Below, piece by piece: positions 55,523-64,000 of a DNA stretch of 64,000 nt. The notes beneath the pieces were generated by a model, which did no database searches, was not told the DNA's origin, and saw nothing but the letters and a program-made list of their open reading frames with translations. Source of the DNA: Octopus sinensis (Eukaryota). Numbering within the stretch: the first letter of the stretch is position 1; every line of letters begins with the position of its first letter. Position numbers and translations under genes: made by a program. The stretch spans positions 13,702,001 to 13,766,000 of the forward strand of contig NC_043004.1 of assembly GCF_006345805.1 (NCBI RefSeq), read 5' to 3'.

Positions 55523-58500
55523 ACATTCTCGTTTAAACTCGGTTGTATAAATATTCGCGGCCTGGGGTCGTATTGGAAGCAAGGCTACCTCCCCTTACGA
55601 CCGAATCCAGACTGAGTGGGCTGCAGGCTTTTTCGCCCCTCTAAAACGGCTACGAGAAATACATTTCTCCCTGTCGACCTGGAGGGGGAGGAGGAGTGGC
55701 AGTGCTGGTCAGGAAAAACCTGGATTTAGAGATTAGAACTGTCTTTATAGATCCGGAAGGCAGGTTGGTCGTTTTGGATGTGACGCACAGCAGTGGTAAA
55801 GTGTTCAGGCTGGTCGCTGTCTATGCTCCCTGCGAAGGAAAAGCGGGCAGAAAGAGTATTTCAAAAGCCTAGAGAATTTTCTTGGCATGTCGAACACGTT
55901 AGTATTGCTTGGTGACTTCAACATAATTTGTGATGCAAGCGTAGATTATGTTGGCTCAAGAAAGAATACGAGGGGATTACCTCACCTCAACGATATGCTA
56001 AGTCGTTTCGAATTGGCAGATAGATTCAGACTGGACCATCCAGACATTCCAGAGTGGACCTGGGCAAGAAACGACGGGTCGTCCAGATCTTATATCGATA
56101 GAATCATAACTAGAAGGAAAGATAAGAAAATACTTAGCTGTCCACAACCCATATCGTCAGCTACAGCGATCACAAATTAGTGACCTGTACGCTCGACATA
56201 GATAGCATGTGTAGACGAGGTACCGGCTACTGGAAGCTAAACAAGTCACTATTGGACTGTGAAGCCTACAGGAATCGGATTAAACAATTAGTAATGAGGG
56301 CGTTAACCGGATCCATTATCAACAATAAATGGTGGTACGCTCTGAAAAGAGCCATCAAATTTGAGTCAATTAGGTTTAGCAAAGAACTAGCTAGTGCTAG
56401 AAACAAAGTAGAAAAGGAACTAGTTAAGGCTATAGAGGAGGCAATGAGGTCAGGCTGTGCATCGAAAGTATTAGCGGCGAGGTTAGCACTAGACCAACAT
56501 CTCCAAGCTAAACATGAAGGGTGCATTATTAGGGCTAAGATCCGTGCAATGAGACAGGAAGGGATCAACGCAGCCGGATGGGCCCGGGTGGTAGAGGGCC
56601 AGCGTGGCAACAACTCAACCATTCGATCCTTGACGGGCCCAAATGGTCGATTAGTAAACGAACCCGAGGAGATGTGCAAGGTGTTTCATGATCATTTCGC
56701 CCAGCTATTCGGGAGGAGCGGCGAGCTGGAGCGCGGGGAGAAGCTCGCAGACTTCCTAGCCGGTTCGCCGCGTCTATCGGGGCCGGACGCGGAATCTTGT
56801 GAGGCGCCGATCACAGCCAAAGAAGTCGAGGATATGTTGGCAGAATGCGGCGGGGACAAATCGCCGGGACTCGATGGTCTGCCTTACGAACTCTATAGTA
56901 GCATGCCAGACTTGTTTGGGCACCTACTTGCATGCGTGTACACCAACTGGCAGCAGAACGGGAGAATTCCTAAGTCTGTGAGCCGAGGGGTGGTAGCGTT
57001 GTTAAGAAAGGACCCAAACAAGGGGGATTTAATTGATAATTTCCGGCCTATCACTCTGCTTAACGCAGAGTTGAAGATCTTGGCCAAGGTCTTAGCAAAA
57101 AGGTTGGCGAGGGTCGTGGGTGAACTTGTTGGCGAGGCGCAAACTTGCGCCATCCCTGGAAGGACCATCCACGACAATCTCCACTTTCTACGCTATGCCT
57201 TAGAAAGGGTAAATAGGATTCCTGGCAAGGGTGGGGCTATGGTCCACTTGGACCAATCGAAAGCGTTTGATAGGGTGGACCATCAGTATCTGGCGGCGGT
57301 CCTCGCGGCGGCTGGCTTCGGCCCGACCTTCCGCGGATGGATCATCGCTTTATACAGCAACATCGAATCGGTAGTTCGGGTAAATGGTTTCCTTTCGGAG
57401 CCGTTCAGCATTGAACGTTCGGTACGTCAAGGGTGTCCTCTCTCCCCGCTTCTCTACGTTTTGGCCCTCGAGCCGTTGCTGAGGAGGTTGGAAACTATGA
57501 GAGGCACCCCGCAAGATCTAGGGTGCGGAAAGTCAGCTTCGGCGTATGCGGACGACATCACCGTCATCGTTTCCCGAGTCGAGCACCTACAGTGGGTGGG
57601 TGAGGCCTTAAGGGACTACGAAGCGGTGGCAGGAGCGAAAGTCAACCGGGATAAATCGGTCGGCTTGCAACTCGGCACCTGGAGGGGCAAGTCGATGTCT
57701 TCCGACAGCGTCGTAGGACGTTGGACGGAAGGACCGGTGAAAATGCTTGGGATCTGGTTAGGTCCAGATCTCCAGATAGAGAAGAATTGGAGCGAGGTGG
57801 CGAGAAAGGTGGCTCTCCTAACTCAGACATGGTCTGAACGGAATCTGTCCTTGAAAGGGAAGGCGGAGGTTGCAGAAGTGTTTATCGCCTCTGTAATCAC
57901 TTACCGCCTAACCGTAGTGCCTTGCCCCGATTCGTGGCTGAACAAACTGGAACGCATGCTCTTTCGCTTTTTGTGGAGGGGCAGCAGACCTCTTGTAAGG
58001 CGCTCTATTTGCTGCCAAAAGCCGCTGAACGGTGGGTTAGGGATGCCGTGGCTAAAAATGCGCAGACATGCGCTCAGGCTTAGGCACCTCTGGATTTACC
58101 TGGACGGTGAGCAGGTGTGGTCTCCGTTTGTCAAGCTGTTATTTCCACAGTTCACATCGTTTAACGAACTGAACCCATGGATCAAGTGTAGACCGAGGTT
58201 GGGCATGTGGCATGCAGAGTGCTATCAGGCACTCGTGCTTCTCTCCCAGTCGGGCAACGCCGGTGGCGGGGCTACTACCGCGTTCTTCTATAGAGGGTTA
58301 GTAGAGTTTAAGTGTGACGACGTCCTAGGAGAAACTCTGGGCTTCGACGAAAATCAACTGGCCAGCCTGTTCCAAAGAACATTCGGTCCGGGGCCTATGG
58401 ATAATTACCAAAAGTCCCTGGCCTGGCAATGTTACAGAGGAGCTTTACCGGTTCGAGATAAGCTCTTTAGACATGGGTGTGCACCTTCGCCGGTTTGTGC

Positions 58501-58896
58501 AAGATGTAAGAGGGACAGTGAAACTGTCCTGCACGCGATTGTGCAATGCCCCAAGGTGACTGAACTCTGGACTTATGTCGAACACCTGCTGTCGCATTCG
58601 AGAAGAGTACAACTGTCGAGCGAATCTGTAATTAAGATAGTTCCGCCGACCTTCCTGAATAGGGAGGAGCGAGCCTGTTTTCTTTCGGTAGTTGCTATGG
58701 CGAAAGAAGTAGTGTGAAGACGAGAGTAAAAGGAATTGCAACAGGCATGTTTATCTCCAGTCTCGAACTAATCGACTTTTTCGTTTTCCACATGAAACGG
58801 AAAATAAGGCTGGAGAAGAAATGCCTGTCGCAAAGTGTGTTTCGTAAAAGATGGAAGTCTATAGCAAGTATGTTGCGAGTGAAAGAACCTATTTAA
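55523..58896 (+). pseudogene. Tx1 ORF2: APE endonuclease, reverse transcriptase, C-terminal zinc finger
   Basis: INIRGL, VYAP, LLGDFN, YIDR, SDH (frameshifted EN); GYWKLN, KSPGLDG, FRPITLLN, LDQSKAFDRV, VRQGCPLSP, YADD (57545); CARC..ETVLH...C; premature TGA at 58715. Confidence 0.95.
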
Positions 58897-59131
58897 TCGA
58901 GAATGTAAAAAAGGATAAAGCAAAGTCTTCAGTGTGAGTATGTGGTTTGTGGGGTCGACCGCGTCCTCCGCTTCATTTTTTGTTAATCACTCATTCTCAT
59001 TTAATTGTATATATATTAATTGTTTGTTTATTCATGTTTCGTCTCATTCGATACCCTGACCCCAACGTTTGTTTTGTCCCCTCTTTTTCTCAACCTTATG
59101 GTGAATAAAGAAATACTCTCTCTCTCTCTCT

Positions 59132-61419
59132 TTTCGATTTACAGAATCATGCTCAAAATGGTTTCGTCACTTGCACGCAACATCTTTGCTACATTCACCC
59201 ACCTTTTTTTGAAACTTTCACGAGTCAAAATCTGCCTCCCCATTCTCACCTTCCTTTTCAAGTGGTACTTGAAAAAGTTGATGAGCGATTGGCCAGAGAA
59301 GTAAGTGTTTGTCTCTAATCCTTTTGCTCGAGTCCGCCACACACATTCTTTCACCATGGCCATCAGTATGATGAAGACTGCCTTGCCTTCCCGGATGAAG
59401 GAATGATAGACTCGGCCGACAGGCGGACTCGTCCCACACGTGACAGCAGCCGTTCGGCATAAGCCCACAGGTCCGAAATGGTTGGACACTGTACGAGTGC
59501 GTGCAGAACGGTTTCGTCGCTCTGACCGCATTTCGAGCAAGTCGGTCCGGTGTGTCTCGAACCGTGCCTGTCGAGCTTATCCCGAACAGGTAATGCTTCT
59601 CGATAGCACTGCCAGGCCAGGGATCTTTGGTGATTGTCCATGGGTCCCGGCCCTAAAGTTGTCCTGAACAGGCGGGTCAGGTGTTCCTCGTCGACGCCCA
59701 GAGGCCCCGAGCACGCATCCTAGTCTGACAACGCATCCTTCGTGTTTGGCGTTGAAGTATTGGTGGAGGGCCAACCTCGCTTCCAGTACGTTGGACGCGA
59801 TGCCAGTTCTAAGTGCCTCTTCTAATTTCTTAACTATGTCTCCCTCTATTCTATTTCGTTCTAATGCTAGGGCCTTACTGTACCTAACCGATTCTGCTTT
59901 AATTGCTTTCTTTAGGGCATACCACCATCTGTTGTTGATGATGGCACCCGTCAATGCTCTCTTAACTAATGTGCTAATTCGGTCCCTGTAAGCCTGGCGT
60001 GCCGTGAACGACGCGTTCAGCTTCCAGTAACCGGGACCCTACCTGTGTCTTATCTAAGTCAAGTGTACAAGTCACAAATTTGTGGTCTATGTAGCTGACT
60101 ATATGGAATTGTGGACAACCTACACTATCCTTATCCACTGTCCTACTGAATACTCTAAGTACGATCTGTACGACCCGATGCGGTTTCTCCATGTCCACAT
60201 TGGCACATTCGAGTGGTCCAGTCGGTACCTGTCAGACAGTTGGAAACGTCTGAGAAGGTCTTTGAGACATTTGCATCACCTATTACTATCTCTGCCCACG
60301 TAGTCTAGATGCGTGTCCAGGGTAGCGTTCCAATCCCCCACTAAAAGAAAAGATCGAGATGTTCCCAGGAAAACCTCTAGACGTCGAAAGAAATCTCGCC
60401 GGTCTGTTAAGGACGGTGCATAAACTCTTATCAGTCGAAAAGCACACCCATCGACATCCAAGACGACCAGCTTACCCTCCAGGTCTAGGAAAATTGCTCT
60501 TACTATGAGGTCCAGACTCTTCCGAAGAAGCACAGCGGTGCCATCTCCGCCCATTCTCGGCAGACACGGAGAAAAATAAATGTCGAAATGTCCGCCGAAC
60601 ATGTGCTGGAGTGCCCGCGGGCTGTGGAGTCTGGTCTCACTGATGGCTATGATATGCAGATTTTGTTACTTGCTGTTGTTTAACAGGTAGCTTTGTTTCC
60701 AAGGCGACCCCAAGCCACGTAGATTTATACTTCCTATTTTGAGTATGTTCCTATTAAAAGTTGTGTTTTACACACGAAAGGGAGAAGAAAGAGAAAGAGA
60801 GAGAGAGAGAGTCACTTACTGTCCGAAAGTTCTTTGTTCTTCACCTTTCAGTCTTCTCCCAGAAGGTTTTTGTATAGTTTTTTTGGACAGGTATTTTTGA
60901 AATCTCCCAACTGCATCAGGGTAGAGAGATTTCACGGTGCTGTGTGTGTTCTGTATTATGTGTATGATTTTAATGTGTTGTGGTGATGTTGTGCGTAGGT
61001 GATTCTTTGTTTTGGTATCATTTTCTGTTATGTTGGCGTTTGACCTAATGTGTTCCATTAGGTTTGGGTTGTTGGTGTTTATGGCTGTCAACATTGTTGT
61101 GGGGGTTGGTGTTAATGTGCTTGTGTAGATGCTTTTGTTTTCTGCGGGTGTTTTGGTTTCGGGAGTGGTAAACCTCCCTCCTTTCTTTGCCTGCTTCTCT
61201 ATTATTTTTTTCCCTTTTTTCTCCTTCCCCCTGTGGCCACTTGCCAATCCACTGTGTCGTCTTCATCTGACATGTCAGAGGAATCAAAAGGTGGGAGGGG
61301 AAGTGTATTGGGGTCTATTTCTGAGTGTGTTGACTTTGTTGTTGGTGTTTGTGCTGGTGTGTGACAGTTGGGGTGTGGTGTATGGGTTTTGGGGGTGGGG
61401 TATGAATCTTTTGAAGTTG

Positions 61420-61451
<32 letters not shown>

Positions 61452-62495
61452 GGTGGTGATGGTGTTGTTCCTGTTCTTGGTGGCGCTGGTGGTGGTGTTG
61501 GCTGGCTTGTTGCTGATGTTCCTTCATTTGTTTGTAGAGTTGTTTAATTAGTCGTGCATATAGCGGTGTGGGTAGCAGTGCTGGTATTTTTGCTCGGTTT
61601 TTGGTTTTCTTGTAGTTGTTATTTTTCGTGATCTTGTCGTTGTTGTTGCTGTTGTTGTTGTTTCTGTGCTAGTGGGCTATTAATTTGTAAGTGTGCTTTG
61701 CTACCACAAACGTAGCAACGTGGCTTTCTGCCTTCGACGACCACATCGAATCCTCTCTCAATTGGATTTGATGCGGAATTTTTTCGAAAATCATCGGATT
61801 AATTTGAGCAAGAATTTCAATTTCTTGGCCAATCCAGTTTTGCTGGTTCACGACAGCGACTTCCAAGATATAGATTTCGTCCTCGATGCCATAGCAAATG
61901 GCAGGCACGAGCTATTTTATTTCTATTTCAGGAGGAACATTCTTTATTTTAATTTTTGTCACCTTACGACCAAGGTATGTAGGGATCATCAGTAAATTTT
62001 CAAATTGGAAGGACTTTGTGGAGAGGTCCTTGGCTCTTTCTTCACTTTCGAATCGAACATCGATCGTGGTAAATCTGTTTCCCCTCGTGATGTAGTCTAT
62101 AAAGGCCCATATAGGCCTTAAACATTTTTCAACATTTTCTTGAGTGGCCTTTTCGTATAGCCTTGTTTTTAGGTTGAGTGTCCTATAAATTATTGGGGGG
62201 GGGGTCGTTTTTTTCCGTGATGTTTTGTGATGTCTGTAGTTGTGTGCTAAGGTCGTCTTTTTTAAACATTGCTTTACAGGTGAGCAGTTCTTTGGAAAAG
62301 CACATGACTATTTTCTTTAACTGTAAAGCTGCAGCAAAATTGTTTTCAGTATTCGTGTTGGTTGTGGTGGTGTTGGCGATAGTGGTGGAGCAGTGGTGGA
62401 GCCAGTGGTTATAGTAGCAGAAGCATTCGTGCGTTCTAAGGCCAATGTGCGTTCACGCGGAACGGCTTTGCTTTCAGCTTTCTTCGCGTCTAGCA
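59132..62495 (-). mobile_element. Older Tx1-like element B: ORF1, endonuclease and C-terminus, RT deleted
   Basis: Paralogous motifs EKCLRPIW..YITRG.RF, EGRKPRCYVCG..H, INLRGLG, VYAP, VGDWN, INNRWWYALK, KHEGCVVR, RSLAWQCYREALPVRDKL; many frameshifts. Confidence 0.9.
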
Positions 62496-63165
62496 TTTCA
62501 CAAGCAGACTCTTCCGTTGATCGGATAAACCGGAACCCTCGTCGTCTTAACCGACGGTGTGTCAGTTATGTATGTATGTATGTATGTATGTATGCATGTA
62601 TGTGGCTCATTGGTAAGAGCGTCAAGTTTTACAATCATGAGCTTGTGTGTTCGATTCCCGTACTGAGCTATGTATTGTGCTCTTGAGCAAGACACTTTAT
62701 TTTACGTTGTTCCAGTTTACTCAGCTGTAGAAATGAGTTGTCAGATCACTGGTTCCAAAATGTATTGACCTTTGACTTTTCCTTGAACAACTGCTAGACT
62801 CCCACAAACAACTGAACTTGTGCCTCAGAGGGGAACTTTCTTGGTGCAATCCGATGGTTGTTCGTGACAGAAGTAGGTATTTAGCCCTCGCTTCCCTTAT
62901 GTATGTATATGGTCAAATATTTTTGTCGTTGGTCGAGATTATTGCAGAGACTGTAAATTAAGCGTATCTGATGTTCCTGGGCTGTTTCCAGAAGCAAGTA
63001 TCAAACTCTTTGTACATCTGTCACCTTTCTATTTATGGATCCGCCACGTTGGAAAGACGAGTCAATATCTTTGTTGCACCCATGGAGCCGCAGAAGATGC
63101 CAGATATTGGTTAAATATAACTGAAAATATCTTCTTTGAGGTCCTTTTCTTTAGATTTTCGGTTA

Positions 63166-63427
63166 GAGGCGTATGGCTTAGTGGTTAGAGTGTTGGACTC
63201 ATGACCATAAGATTGTGGTTTCGATTCCTGGACCGGGCAATATGCATTATGCTCATGAGCAAAACACTTCATTTCATGTTAGTCCAGTCCACTCAGCTGG
63301 CAAAAATGAGTAATCGTGCGACCGAACGGCATCCTGTCCAAGTGGGGAATACATATGCTATGGAAACTGGGAAACCGGCTCTTATGTGTCTACATGACTC
63401 GAGAAGGTAACCTTACCTTTACCTTAA
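63166..63427 (+). mobile_element. tRNA-derived SINE family C, full length
   Basis: A-box TGGCTTAGTGG, B-box GTTTCGATTCC, CAGTCCACTCAGCTGGCAAAAATGAGT core, (TACCTT)n tail. Confidence 0.8.
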
Positions 63428-63429
63428 CG

Positions 63430-63800
63430 TTTTTTAAAATGCTCGACATATTATCTCACAAAGCAGCAAGGCTTTATCGTTAGAGTAATCGTGGTTTGTG
63501 CAGAGCCAATCTCACTCTCTCGTCCTTCAAACTTTTATTGGTCTGGTGCAATAAATGCCACGAGCCCAGTAGTTATGAGATTGCAAGGTTTGTATGGAGT
63601 TTTCTTCTCTTTGGTGTGCAAATAAAGAGATGATGGGCCTCATCTGCCCTGAACCCGTTGAGCTTTCAGTGAGAGACTTTCCTCCGTGACATGCTAATTA
63701 CCCTGTATCTGGGACCCTGGTAAGTGTTCCAGATTAAAGTAAGTCTGAGAAGAATAGTGTCTAAAAGGTAGCTCCACGCACTTCAAATCCCTCGAGATCT
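63430..63800 (-). mobile_element. Eroded LINE 3' coding remnant, possibly RTE clade
   Basis: Faint similarity to the RTE LLK.QLRW.GH..RM.DHRLP..APK.R region; many lesions. Confidence 0.35.
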
Positions 63801-63946
63801 CGAACTAGGGTCCAACTATCGGATGCAGTTTAAAACGAGACGTACACACACATACACTCACGCAGAAATATAGGTGTGTATGAGTGTTTGTGAGAGGGTA
63901 TATCTGTGTACGTGTGAGTGTGCGTGCGTGCGTGTGTGTGTGTGTG

Positions 63947-63994
<48 letters not shown>

Positions 63995-64000
63995 AAGTAT

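Larger units (their letters stand above)
53723..59115 (+). mobile_element. Tx1-clade non-LTR retrotransposon A, near full length, inactive
   Basis: ORF1 plus APE-RT ORF2, AATAAAGAAATA end, flanked on both sides by (TC)n. Confidence 0.93.

Noticed and set aside
55515-55560. No AUG at the ORF2 start of either Tx1 element (non-AUG initiation?)
   Set aside because: Both copies carry many lesions, so mutational loss cannot be excluded without a consensus.
56180-58717. 845-aa RT ORF as an active gene or novel RT system
   Set aside because: Standard Tx1 ORF2 segment; endonuclease frameshifted, premature stop at 58715, ORF1 broken.
63166-63240. tRNA gene-like sequence (also 10003, 25356, 28621)
   Set aside because: A/B boxes are present but the cloverleaf is imperfect and each runs into a SINE body and tail.

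Overview
AT-rich, microsatellite-saturated eukaryotic DNA with one 100-N gap (18933-19032). The repeat content suggests a coleoid cephalopod, most likely Octopus; this is inference, not a database result. No host gene or intact transposon ORF can be supported, and almost all listed ORFs are microsatellite artefacts. The window is a transposon graveyard. It holds a near-full-length Tx1-clade LINE (53723-59115, +) nested antisense in a (TC)n tract inside an older RT-deleted Tx1 element (53401-62495, -), two Penelope-like remnants, Dong/R4-, HERO- and RTE-like fragments, a Tc1/mariner transposase remnant, MITEs, Helitron-like elements and many tRNA-derived SINEs. Two observations stand out. (1) A SINE whose 3' tail matches the Tx1 3' end forms head-(body-tail)n multimers with five junctions at the same nucleotide, suggesting a Tx1-mobilised, self-targeting SINE. 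(2) Minimal hammerhead ribozymes with a U3-A8 core covariation occur in a Neptune pLTR and, twinned, in an ORF-less 370-bp palindrome.
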